Below are positions 49,983 to 60,539 of a stretch of DNA of 64,000 bases, piece after piece. The notes under the pieces were generated by a model, which ran no database searches, had not been told where the DNA came from, and saw only the letters and a list, made by a program, of their open reading frames with translations. Source of the DNA: an uncultured Nitrososphaeraceae archaeon (GTDB lineage: Archaea; Thermoproteota; Nitrososphaeria; Nitrososphaerales; Nitrososphaeraceae); assembly GCA_963729045.1 (NCBI GenBank), contig CAVSMN010000012.1, positions 224,001 through 288,000 on the forward strand. The letters run 5' to 3'. Position numbers and translations under genes: made by a program. How positions within the stretch are numbered: position 1 is the first letter of the stretch; each line of letters starts with the position of its first letter.

Positions 49983-51158
49983 TCATTTATTTAAAATTAC
50001 ATCATTAATATCAAAATATATACATTCGCACTTTGTCTCGAGGGTGTTAGAAAGACAGGGTTCAATGGGTTCGTTACCTCCTACGAATTGTTTTATGGGA
50101 ATTCCATTATCCATATCTAAAGATATTTCAAGTTTGTCGCATTCTACACTTACTAACTTTGCAAAGTAGATATTTCTTGTAGTTTTTCTGTTCTTGACTC
50201 TGAATGTCACCTCTCCGGTTAGTGTCTGCACGAGACGTTGAAAATGACCAAAATCGCGAACTTTCTCATTTAATTTGACGAATATGGTAACAAGTATTCT
50301 GTATTTGCTATAGTAATCAATCTCATCATGGTTAATCTTTTTGAAATACAATTCAACATCCTTCTCCAAGACTTTTTTCTCATCCGAGCCTTTTATTTTA
50401 GGATTAATCACTTTTACAATGAACGGTCTTCCGCTACCAAGAACCAAACTATATTTATCTTCGCTACCAGTCCAAGTTATTTTCATATCCTCTGCATTAT
50501 ATTCTGACCAAACGGATTTTCTGATTGAGTGTTCTATCGATTCCTCTTTTCTATCTATCAATTTATGAAAGGTTTGAGAATCCATTTTTATCCAATTTTT
50601 ATCCTTTTGGGCTATGCCTCTGTCCAACTTTATATATCTTCCAAGAAGATAGAATTCTCTCGCTTTGCAATTTATGTTAAAACTCAAGTCATTTTCAATA
50701 ACTACGTCAAATTTCAATTCGGGATTCACGTGATCTATAGTACATTTTTTGTTTTTTCGTATTTTTTCTCTTATCAATAAATTAGTTTGAGTTTTTATCC
50801 CAGTCGTACCTTTAATTTGGAACATAGATCGTAAATAATCCTCATTCTCATAGAAGAAAAAGGGAAGACTCGTTCCTATATCAACAGGAAGAATGCATGT
50901 GGTTGAATTAAACATTTCAGAGTTTGATATTTCATCAACTATAGATGGTAACGTTCTTAGAAAGAAATTTCTACAAATATAGCAAACTTTCATACCAGTT
51001 TTTATTATCTTGACAGAAATTGTATGCTTTACTAAAGACATTTTATTTTTAGAAAAATTTCGATCATAGCAAAAACTACAGAGAGGGATCTGAAGTTGAT
51101 TTGAGTTTTTCAATTTTTTACTTTTAGAGTTTTCAAATTCTCCTTGGGTCTTAACCAA
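49983..51158 (-). CDS. pus10: tRNA pseudouridine synthase Pus10-like (divergent)
   Basis: N-terminal CxxC pairs, LLGRYIKLDRGIAQ, GSEDKYSLVLGSGRPF, GIPIKQFVGG..PCLS; downstream of srp54. Confidence 0.85.
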   Translation of the reverse strand: MVKTQGEFENSKSKKLKNSNQLQIPLCSFCYDRNFSKNKMSLVKHTISVKIIKTGMKVCYICRNFFLRTLPSIVDEISNSEMFNSTTCILPVDIGTSLPFFFYENEDYLRSMFQIKGTTGIKTQTNLLIREKIRKNKKCTIDHVNPELKFDVVIENDLSFNINCKAREFYLLGRYIKLDRGIAQKDKNWIKMDSQTFHKLIDRKEESIEHSIRKSVWSEYNAEDMKITWTGSEDKYSLVLGSGRPFIVKVINPKIKGSDEKKVLEKDVELYFKKINHDEIDYYSKYRILVTIFVKLNEKVRDFGHFQRLVQTLTGEVTFRVKNRKTTRNIYFAKLVSVECDKLEISLDMDNGIPIKQFVGGNEPIEPCLSNTLETKCECIYFDINDVILNK

Positions 51159-52515
51159 GCCCGAATCTCCTTAAAAGTCCTTGCATCTGACGGCCTTTTG
51201 CTTGTTTCATCATAGTCTTAGAATTGTTATACTGCTTGATTAGGTCTTTAACATCATGTTCCATAACTCCGGAACCTCTAGCGATTCTTTTTCTCCTAGC
51301 CTCGTTAATAATATCTGGATTCTTTTTTTCGTCAGTAGTAAAGGATTGGATTATAAATCTCCATTTCTCCATTTTTTGTTGCAGGACATCAAGATGGTCA
51401 TCTTTTACAAAGTTTGATAGCCCTGGCAAATTCTCAATTACGTTTCGGAATCCCATTTTTCCCATGTTTTCCATTTGAGCATAAAAGTCTTCGATAGTCA
51501 TTTTGCCACTCATAAGCCTTTTTGCTTGATTTTCATCAGATTGAATTTCTAAATTGCGTGCCATTTCAAGAAGGGCTTTTATATCTCCCATCCCTAATAG
51601 CCTGCCGACAAAGCTAGTAGGGGAAAATTGCTCCAGGTCATCAATTCTTTCACCAGTTCCTATGAAAAGGACCTTTGCACCCGTGGCAGAAGAAGCAGCT
51701 ATCGCCCCACCCCCCTTGGCGGTACCATCCAATTTCGTAATAATAATACCGCTAATTTTTGCATTCTCGTGGAAAATCTTTGCCTGATTATATGCTTGCT
51801 GTCCAATTGTTCCATCGATAATAAGAAATACCTGATCAGGTGTAACGATGGAATACATGCTCCGCATTTCTTCGAGTAATCCTTGTTCCTCTTTGTGACG
51901 CCCAGCAGTATCAATAATTATGATATCCACTGGTTGATGGTTAAAGAAAACCAGTCCATTTTTCACTATTTCTAGGGCATCCTTGTTACCCTCCTCACCG
52001 TATACTTGAGCATTGATCTTACTACAGTTCATTTTGAGCTGAGTTAATGCACCAGGTCGCCAGGTATCTGCCCCGATTACTCCTATCCTGTAACCATGTT
52101 TTGAAAGCCATCTTCCTAACTTGGCGATAACAGTAGTCTTCCCACTGCCCTGTATCCCTAGCATCAAAATAGTATTTTTTTTATCAGAATTGAAGTTAAT
52201 TAGATTTTCATCGGTTTTTTTTCTATCAATGGTCTTTATTGCTTCACCGCTGTAACCCAGCATTTTTGATAATTCGCCGTATAGGATGGTTATGATATGG
52301 TCTTTTTTGGACAAACCCTTTGGAGGGGCTTCCTTTAGGGATCTTTCCTTAAGATTTTTTGTTATTTCTAAGACTAACCGAACATTTACATCCGCTGCTA
52401 GCAATGCGCGCTGGAGATCTTTACATAACTCATTAATCAATTCTTCATTAATATCTGAAGCCCCAACAATTTTCTTTAGGGCCAATCTCAAATTATCTTT
52501 TAGACTATCAAGCAT
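51151..52515 (-). CDS. srp54: Signal recognition particle protein SRP54
   Basis: ALLAADVN, GIQGSGKTT, DTAGRH, TKLDGTAKGGGA, M domain RIARGSG. Confidence 0.97.
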   Translation of the reverse strand: MLDSLKDNLRLALKKIVGASDINEELINELCKDLQRALLAADVNVRLVLEITKNLKERSLKEAPPKGLSKKDHIITILYGELSKMLGYSGEAIKTIDRKKTDENLINFNSDKKNTILMLGIQGSGKTTVIAKLGRWLSKHGYRIGVIGADTWRPGALTQLKMNCSKINAQVYGEEGNKDALEIVKNGLVFFNHQPVDIIIIDTAGRHKEEQGLLEEMRSMYSIVTPDQVFLIIDGTIGQQAYNQAKIFHENAKISGIIITKLDGTAKGGGAIAASSATGAKVLFIGTGERIDDLEQFSPTSFVGRLLGMGDIKALLEMARNLEIQSDENQAKRLMSGKMTIEDFYAQMENMGKMGFRNVIENLPGLSNFVKDDHLDVLQQKMEKWRFIIQSFTTDEKKNPDIINEARRKRIARGSGVMEHDVKDLIKQYNNSKTMMKQAKGRQMQGLLRRFGLG

Positions 52516-52520
52516 GGTCT

Positions 52521-53210
52521 CTACTTTTCTATTAAATCAATATCTAATATTTCAAACATTCCCCTGATCCCATCCCATGTGACATAGTGGTCTTTAACGC
52601 AAATTCTTTTTTTATATAGTGGACAATCCAATACAAGTGTCTCAGCTTCTCCACCCTCAAAAGTCATGTTAAATTGATATTTATGACTTAATTTTTTTAG
52701 GACGGAATAATTATCTTTTGTAATTATCTTTCCAAGCCAACTACTATCCAAACCTAGTGCGGCGACTCTAGTAATCATGATTTCAAATCCCTGTCTTAGC
52801 AACTGTTCGTAGTAATAATCGCTGTCTATGTTCCAAAGAGGTGAAATTAATCTTAAATTTAGTTTGTCGCAAATATCCTGAAAAATATCTAATTGAAATT
52901 TGCTAGAAATACAACCGTTTACTAATCCATCTATTGAAAATTCATCTATTGCTGTCTTAACCAAACGGGTTAACTCATTAACTTCATAATTTTTCTCAGA
53001 TATGTTGCAGGAGCGCTCTATCACAGGTACACCTATCACGGTAGAAATTTTACTTAACAAATTAGTTGTTGGATAATGAAACAAAAGGCTATCATCACTG
53101 CTTGGATGCATTGTCATGATGCAGCATAAATCATGTTTTTCTAAAGTGGTTTTGAGGATTGCATAGGTGCTATCTTTGCCTCCAGAAAATAAGCCTGCCG
53201 TTCTCAACAA
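52521..53210 (-). CDS. Diphthine-ammonia ligase family ATP-binding protein
   Basis: FSGGKDS, SPLW, EGGEAETLVLDCPLY. Confidence 0.9.
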   Translation of the reverse strand: MLRTAGLFSGGKDSTYAILKTTLEKHDLCCIMTMHPSSDDSLLFHYPTTNLLSKISTVIGVPVIERSCNISEKNYEVNELTRLVKTAIDEFSIDGLVNGCISSKFQLDIFQDICDKLNLRLISPLWNIDSDYYYEQLLRQGFEIMITRVAALGLDSSWLGKIITKDNYSVLKKLSHKYQFNMTFEGGEAETLVLDCPLYKKRICVKDHYVTWDGIRGMFEILDIDLIEK

Positions 53211-53274
53211 TTACACGTATTATCCTTGGGATATAATCTAATAGTTTTTATAATAGAATGCAATTTTTAGTTCT

Positions 53275-53490
53275 ATGCTAATGCTAAATTCTGAAATAAT
53301 AGCAGGGGTGTCTATATTCTTACTGGGTTTTCTCTTCTTCATAGCTGGACTTTTGAATTCAGTTTGGGCAATTATTTTCATAGTGGATTATCTTATAATG
53401 GCCATTGGCATTGCGACCATAGGGGTTGGGTTTTGGACCGCCACGTATGAGAGGAAGAATAACCTTCATCATAGTGAACATCATCATTAG
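53275..53490 (+). CDS. Small two-TM protein with His-rich tail
   Basis: 71 aa ending LHHSEHHH. Confidence 0.7.
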   Translation: MLMLNSEIIAGVSIFLLGFLFFIAGLLNSVWAIIFIVDYLIMAIGIATIGVGFWTATYERKNNLHHSEHHH

Positions 53491-53504
53491 TTTGATAAAA
53501 AAAA

Positions 53505-55282
53505 TTATTCATCTACATAATAAATTAAATTATTTTTTTGAACTTCTTGTGAACTTAAACCTATCAGTGATTCTTCCAGTTTGTCATAGTCCGGCAAATC
53601 ACCATTTATGTTCCCTGGGAAAACGAGAGTCAGATTTATGTTGGAATTTAATACATCGTGAAGTTCTTGGTTGGCAGTTGTGACATATGGTCTTAACGCT
53701 CCCCTAAAAACTTCTGACCTCGCACGGACTTCCCCACTTATTTTCTTACCAACCGGCGAATCAGGACCCACTATTACAATGTTTCCTTTAATTCCTACAA
53801 ATAACGAAGGGTCGTCTAATGCCTGGTTGGTAGTCATTGATAATACTGATTGGGTCGTTATCAAATGTGGGATATTAACGAATTTATCCACCATGATGTC
53901 CCATTGTTTACGATCAAGCAAAGTTAATTTGTTGTCATAGTCATAACTACCTGTAAAGTGTATGGCTGAATCTATTCTACCATACCGAGTATTGATTGTA
54001 TTGAATATTTTCTTTACTGTGTTCTCATCAGCTAAGTCGATGGCGTGATGGTGAAATCCTTCAAACGTCTTGCTCACCTCTGTAGATTGCTCATCGTTTT
54101 GAGTAAGGATAATTAGTTGTTTTACGTTTTAGCCCGCTAATCTTCGTTGCAATTCGCTTGACAAAGTTCAATAATTTTTCTTCTGTAGAAGCCGTAGTAA
54201 TCAAAATTGTTTTATTTTCTAAAGTCTTGTCCTGCTCAATATCTATAGTCCTTTCAACTATTGGCTTTACCGGGTAGAAAACTCTGTCATTTGGAATGAC
54301 TTTTCCGTTTAATAACTTGCTCATTTCGTCACTTGCTAAGCTATGTACCATTTCTGCTACATCATCCTGAGATAAGAATTCGTTATCAACTATCATCTTC
54401 TTCGTATTGTTTTGTACCTTTTCTGCAATTTCTTGTATCTTCGCCAAAAGTTCCTTTGCCAAGCGCTGGATCGAGACAGGATCTAGACCTTCGTATTTTT
54501 CAGCTAAGGAAGTCGCTATTTTCTTTGATTCATTGTCGATTATTTCGGGTTCATCGCCTAAATATGGTAATAAGGCAGACTGAAATCTCTTCGATTTGCT
54601 TGTGACTCAGACCGTTAAAACCACCAACCCTTAAAAATTCGGATGCTGCTTTTGGGTATACAGTTTTATATATTCTGTCTGAGTGGACAGGACCAGGATT
54701 TGTTGCAACAGCTTTGATACCTTTCTCAACTAATTCCCATGCAAAACACTCTGAGAGTCTATTCTTTGCACCCTGTGCTGCGGTATATGGTGTTCTAAAC
54801 CTATAAGGTCTCTGATCATATTTGTTCTCCTCAGTGAAAAAAGTGGAAATTGTAATTATCTTGCCAGTATGGTTGAGTACTTCTAAGGCTTTAATACTTG
54901 TCCAAAAAGTACCTGTAAGGTGTATTGAAACACAATCTTTAAACTCTTGATAACTCGAATTTGTAAAAATCTTTACTGGACCAGAAACTCCAGCATTATT
55001 TACGATTATATCTATATGACCAAAGTCGGTACCAATTTTATCAAACATCTTATTAATTGCTTCAAAATCGGAAACATCTACTCCTGGATAATAAGTTACG
55101 GATGATTCAAATTTTTCATCCGTAATTATTTGTTTTAGAATATTTGACGCATCGATTAGAGGTTCTTTCCTCCTCCCTAAAATTATGATATTGTAACCTA
55201 GTTTAGCAAATTTTCTTGCCACAGCTTGACCAATCCCTGTTCCGCTCCCTGTAACAAGTATTGTTTTGTTACTCTTATTCAT
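53505..55282 (-). CDS. Two-domain SDR oxidoreductase (~590 aa; two frameshifts), malonyl-CoA-reductase-like
   Basis: VTGSGTGIG, NNAGVSG, RTPYTAAQGAK, NPGPVHSDRI; three ORF pieces join by single-base shifts at ~54580 and ~54125; degenerate second Rossmann domain. Confidence 0.85.
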
Positions 55283-55491
55283 TTTAATATTTAATGAGAC
55301 TTAAATCTCTTATATTAATTATTTATCAGAATGCTTTATTGAACGAATAATTCATATATTTTGTAAATCATATTCTGCTTCTCCGTTATTATAATAAAAC
55401 TTTATAAAATAAGTATCATTTCAGAGATAATATAGAAATGGAGAATTATGGAATTATACGAGAATTTACGGTATTGGGGGTAAATAATTAA

Positions 55492-56571
55492 GTGAAAATA
55501 AAATTCGGTTTGACATTTGGCCTAAACGTCGCTAGATTGGGACTGGACGAAATGCAGGTAATTACTGCAGCGCAAATAGCAGATAGAACTAATTTTGACT
55601 CTGTATGGGCAATGGATCACACAAATGTGCCTCAATGGAAAAACGCTGTAGTAAATGATGCCTGGCTAATGTTAGCAGCAATTGGGTCTGTGACCAACAA
55701 CGTGGAGTTAGGGACATGCGTAACAGATGCCATAAGGAGGCACCCTTCAACTATCGCTCTGTCGACGGTGACCCTTGACAGGATAACTAAAGGTAGGGGT
55801 ATACTGGGAATTGGTGCTGGAGAGGCTCAGAATGTAGTTGATTTTGGAATCGAATTCAGTAAGCCTGTGTCAAAATTTAAGGAGCAATTGGAAGTGATTG
55901 AAAAGCTGTTTGAATCCGATCCAGACAATCATGTAAATTACCAGGGTAATTATTATAGCCTTGTTGAAGCTTGTCTACAAGCAAAGCCCATCAGAAAACC
56001 GCGACCACCTGTATATATCGCTGCCGGGGCCCCAAAAACATTAGAATTGTGTGCAACATATGGCGATGGGTGGATACCTATAGGATATACTCCAGCCTTA
56101 TTTGAACATCATGCAAATGTCATTAAGGATCACGCAAAGAGACTAGGCAGGGACATATCCAATTTTGAATTTGCAAATGATGTGGATGTTTATTTTGCTC
56201 CAGACGGAGAAGCAGCATGGGAAAAGATGAAAAAAGCAGTCAAGGTCAGCCTCTACAAACCTGAATTATTGAAGGTTCACAACATACAACAGGATTCCGA
56301 GTTTGATTTTAGGAGATACTTTACTGAATATGCCATGAACAAACCTGAATTGATGGAACAAATGAAAAAAGCATCTTTACAAATCCCTGATGATGTGGCA
56401 AGAACTGCTATAGGAGTTGGCAGCCCAGATGATGTAATAGAAATGTTGGAACGATTTATTAAGGCCGGTACAAATCATTTCATAATTCGTTTCTGGGGTG
56501 AGGGGCTTTATCAAAACATAGAGACCTTCGGAAATAAAGTCGTTCCTTATTTTGCTGACATGCAAAAATAA
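55492..56571 (+). CDS. LLM-class flavin/F420-dependent oxidoreductase
   Basis: FDSVWAMDH, LGTCVTD..RRHP, GIGAGE, YGDGWIP. Confidence 0.9.
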   Translation: MKIKFGLTFGLNVARLGLDEMQVITAAQIADRTNFDSVWAMDHTNVPQWKNAVVNDAWLMLAAIGSVTNNVELGTCVTDAIRRHPSTIALSTVTLDRITKGRGILGIGAGEAQNVVDFGIEFSKPVSKFKEQLEVIEKLFESDPDNHVNYQGNYYSLVEACLQAKPIRKPRPPVYIAAGAPKTLELCATYGDGWIPIGYTPALFEHHANVIKDHAKRLGRDISNFEFANDVDVYFAPDGEAAWEKMKKAVKVSLYKPELLKVHNIQQDSEFDFRRYFTEYAMNKPELMEQMKKASLQIPDDVARTAIGVGSPDDVIEMLERFIKAGTNHFIIRFWGEGLYQNIETFGNKVVPYFADMQK

Positions 56572-56581
56572 TTTTTTTTTC

Positions 56582-57634
56582 TCAAAAATAAATATCTAAT
56601 GATTTAGTTTTCGGAAGTTGCTTTAATTCTTTCTTGACTGTCATGCTTCCTCTCTTTATGGATTCTGCATCATATCCCAATTTGACTAGATAGTTAGCAA
56701 ACTCTTCTTGAAATCCATGAAATGTGTATATTTTGCGGGGATTGCACTGTTTTACAACATCGAGTAACTCGCTATGATCACAATGATCGCTAAAAGGGAT
56801 CACATAATCCAGGTTCATCATGTTTCTGTAATTTCTATTTATTGCCCATCCACTGAAACCTATAGTAATTGCGCCATACTTTTCCCTATAATGAGATATC
56901 TTGGGATCCTTGCCGTTAGTTAAAGGATGTATCATTATCCATGGTCCCTTCTCCATCAAGCCCAGTTCTATTGCATCAGACAATGGTGTAGAATCTTCTA
57001 ATGTCACTCCAAATTGCTTGTACATTTGATTGAACTTGAATATTTCATCATGAATTATTAGCGGCTTCCAAGCGCCAAACAACGATGTAAGGACCTGTGC
57101 CTTCCCCAATGAATATCCCATTAAGATGACTGGAATTCCTCTGCTGTACATTTCTGAAATTAAGGAATTTACCGAATGGGTAATATGTTCTAATGGAGGG
57201 AAAATGTATTCAGGTTTTCCAAAGGTTGTTTCAATAATTAGGGTTTCGGCTTTCGGAATAGAGGTCTTTCTAAGAAATGCTCTATCCCTCATGGATAAGT
57301 CGCCAGTATAGAAAATCTCGTTTCCAATCAAAAGACCTTTTGACCCTAGTATATGTCCAGTATCAATTAATGTGCAGTCATCCTGATAACAAATTTCTTT
57401 TTCAAAGATGTAGCCACGAAGGCTCGCAATTGCAAGGGTTTCAGGCGAACAGATGATCTTATTTCTTAAATTGTATTTCTTGGTAGCAGTCTTATTTAAC
57501 ATGTGATCAATATGTGCATGCGAAATGAAAACATAATTTTCAGCTAATATTTGCCTCGGATCTAGGTATATTTTTTTTTCCCTGCTTGTAAGTATTATTT
57601 GATGTTTTGCATCCGAGGTGATTTGGTACGGCAC
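56582..57634 (-). CDS. Metallo-beta-lactamase/beta-CASP-like exonuclease
   Basis: SHAHIDH, GHILGS, YTGD, IETTFG, YSLGKAQ, FSDHCD, FHG. Confidence 0.9.
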   Translation of the reverse strand: MPYQITSDAKHQIILTSREKKIYLDPRQILAENYVFISHAHIDHMLNKTATKKYNLRNKIICSPETLAIASLRGYIFEKEICYQDDCTLIDTGHILGSKGLLIGNEIFYTGDLSMRDRAFLRKTSIPKAETLIIETTFGKPEYIFPPLEHITHSVNSLISEMYSRGIPVILMGYSLGKAQVLTSLFGAWKPLIIHDEIFKFNQMYKQFGVTLEDSTPLSDAIELGLMEKGPWIMIHPLTNGKDPKISHYREKYGAITIGFSGWAINRNYRNMMNLDYVIPFSDHCDHSELLDVVKQCNPRKIYTFHGFQEEFANYLVKLGYDAESIKRGSMTVKKELKQLPKTKSLDIYF

Positions 57635-57728
57635 TATTAGATTATCTTAATTGAGCTTATTTATTTAATATTATATCATATATTTGAATACATTAAAATT
57701 AAATTTATATTGAATCAAAATTAAGAAA

Positions 57729-59015
57729 TTGAATCAATCCAAAATTATTTATGTTTTGCTTGATGGGGTAGGCGACCTTCCACATCCAGATTTAAATTGC
57801 TTGACCCCGCTGGAAGCGGCATATACCCCATATCTTGATAAGATTGCTAGAATGGGAGTTTCGGGCCAAGTTGTGAGTGTTGGAGATGGGATTGCTCCTC
57901 AGTCTGATATTGCAGTTTTTAATATGTTAGGCTACAACTTTAGAGACATTGAATATTTTGGAAGGGGAGTAGTAGAATGCATAGGTTGTGGAATTGATTT
58001 TAAGGAGGGAGATCTAGCACTAAGAGGCAATTTTGCAACAATCGACCCAACTAATAAGAAAATTTTAGACAGACGAGCTGGTAGAATTGTTACCGAGGCA
58101 AATTCGGCTGCAATCTGTGCTCTCATTAGAAAGAATATCAAGATAGAGGGAATAGAGTTCTCGATAGAGCCGACAATTGGGCATAGAGTTGTCATACGAT
58201 TCAGGAAAAAAGGTACAACATTAGGTGAGAATATTACAAATACGGATCCTGCTTATGACAAAGTAAATGGGATTGGTATTGCATTGGATACTTCCAAGGG
58301 AGATTTGTATGTAACAAAATCAGAATCAAAGGATGCAAATTCTCAATTATCAGCCACTATCATAAACCAGTTCTCTGACCAAGTAATAGAAATACTGGAT
58401 AATTGTCCGGTGAATATAGAGCGGAAAGAAAAGAATTTGTTGCCAATAAATTGTATTTTATTGAGAGACGCTGGGAATAGATATCCTCATTTACAGCGTA
58501 TTAATGATAAATACAATCTAAATTTCGCATCTCTTGTTGATATGCCTGTGGAAATCGGAATTTCACAGATACTGGGAATGAGGTCGTACAACGCTGGTTC
58601 GCCAGATGAATATGAATTAAAAGCTAGTAAATTACTAAAGATAATTGAAAATCACGATGTTGTTTATGTCCATATTAAAGGTCCTGATGAATTTGGTCAT
58701 GATGGGAACGCCAAGGGTAAAAAAAACAATATAAATGAAATAGACAAGCGTTTTTTTAGAAAAATTTTAGAGGGAATTAGCACAATCAAAGGTATAGAAA
58801 TATATTTCATAATTTCGGGCGATCACTCAACACCTTGTATTAAAAAGGCCCACACCGACGATCCCATACCCATAATTGTTTCTGGCCAAGGAATTAGGAA
58901 AGATACTACATCAAGATTTACAGAATCAAATTCCAAGAGGGGATCATTGGGTAAAATTTATGGATATCAAGTATTAAGTACCGCCATCAAGCAGTTAGAA
59001 AACCGCAAAGTTTGA
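57729..59015 (+). CDS. apgM: Cofactor-independent phosphoglycerate mutase (archaeal type)
   Basis: LDGVGD, TPLEAA.TP, PQSD, RGNFAT, HIKGPDEFGHDG, GDHSTP. Confidence 0.93.
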   Translation: MNQSKIIYVLLDGVGDLPHPDLNCLTPLEAAYTPYLDKIARMGVSGQVVSVGDGIAPQSDIAVFNMLGYNFRDIEYFGRGVVECIGCGIDFKEGDLALRGNFATIDPTNKKILDRRAGRIVTEANSAAICALIRKNIKIEGIEFSIEPTIGHRVVIRFRKKGTTLGENITNTDPAYDKVNGIGIALDTSKGDLYVTKSESKDANSQLSATIINQFSDQVIEILDNCPVNIERKEKNLLPINCILLRDAGNRYPHLQRINDKYNLNFASLVDMPVEIGISQILGMRSYNAGSPDEYELKASKLLKIIENHDVVYVHIKGPDEFGHDGNAKGKKNNINEIDKRFFRKILEGISTIKGIEIYFIISGDHSTPCIKKAHTDDPIPIIVSGQGIRKDTTSRFTESNSKRGSLGKIYGYQVLSTAIKQLENRKV

Positions 59016-59024
59016 TCTCACAAG

Positions 59025-60303
59025 TTACGTAGTAGGTTTGAATCTTAACAATGCTCCAATTTTTCCAAGGCTTTGAATCTGGGCCCCCTCTTCGGTTTTA
59101 GAAGAAATTATGTCAAGTTTTGTTCCAGCTAGTGAAGCATATTCCTCCAAGTAGTCTATGAAATCCTTTTCATTAATTGTGTAGTCCTGTCCACCACATT
59201 TGGAACAAGGGGTAGAAATGATGTTTTGTTTCGTTTCAATCAGTTGGTCTCTTTCAACTATTTTTTCATAGCTGAAATCGCATTTCCTGCAAATTACTTC
59301 TAGGTATACTAAATCAATGCTATCGGTTGCAATTATCGAATCGGTTATTCCTGCCTTGAGATTATTTACAACATCATTAAGACCATATATTCCTAAACCC
59401 TTTCCTGAAAAAACTTCACCCATGAATTTTTTCACAATTTTCTTTTCTTCCATGGATCGGAATTCCGACATTATTCCTTGATCATTTACCTTATCTATGA
59501 TTTCCCTTACCCCCTCGTCACCAGAATACGAAGTATCAAGCGTAGCAATGATATTATTTTGCAGTCTATAATCAAGATATTCCTCTCTGACAAAAGTCTC
59601 TTTTGTGGGTCCTGGGCCTCCTACAATCAGACCCTTGACCGTATATTGATCAATAAAAATTTTTTGCGCATAATTTGCAATACGATGGTAATATTCATTA
59701 AGTTCATTATCTCTAAGACGCTCAAACCTTCGCGCAGATTGTCCTCCTTGGCGGTGTTTACCAGAAACCCCAGATGTCAAAGTTTCAATTGTTTCCCATC
59801 TATCCCCAGTTAAAATTCCTAACCCCGCCTCTTGAGTGTCTATAGATATAATGGCAATTGTACGATCATCTTTTAGCATCTCCTTTATATGATCTATCCA
59901 AAAATGATCATCACATCTATACAAGTTAATCTGAACTGGTTTTGGGGGTACAACCGTGAATATTTCTATTTTTTCAGTTCCTAAACCTTTCCCAGTAGGA
60001 ATGGCCCCGCAAAAAATAACTAATCCGTTTTCAGGAGGCTCCTTATATAATTTTAATTGTTCCATTGTTTTGTTAAGGGCATCCTGAACATGATTTCTGG
60101 TCAAATCTGATTTTATGTTTGATGCAGTTCCGGCTTCATTTCTCAATTGTGCTAATAACATCATATATTGGCCTTTTTGGTGGAATATAAACAGTAACTA
60201 GTTCAGTACCGTGACCAGTTATCTTTGATAGATCATTTAACATTTTGGTTAATTTATATTTTTTTACTGAATCCCATTTTTCGTCGCTACTTGACTGAGG
60301 CAT
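59025..60303 (-). CDS. prf1: Peptide chain release factor aRF1 (frameshift at ~60155)
   Basis: N-terminus MPQSSSD..GHGTELVTVYIPP from ATG 60303 in another frame; TASNIKS, YRCD, GGQS. Confidence 0.95.
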
Positions 60304-60539
60304 AAATGTTATTTGGTTTTACTTAATTTAATTTTTGACAATTTAGATCTGCTAGGAAGCTCAGACCGAAATGAAAATTACAGGAAACCACATTTTTCAA
60401 CATATTTTACAAAAACGTAATTTTGTCGAATGATCAGGACCATTTATTTAATTTTTTATACTAAGAATTATTTCTTTTACAAAAAAAGGATGCATAATAC
60501 TTATTTAAAGCAATTTGGTGAACTTTTTAGGTAGAAAAA

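Noticed and set aside
12985..60303. rpl4, argS, rnp1 and aRF1 as true pseudogenes
   Set aside because: Essential functions with intact motifs and only single-base shifts; sequence error is more parsimonious
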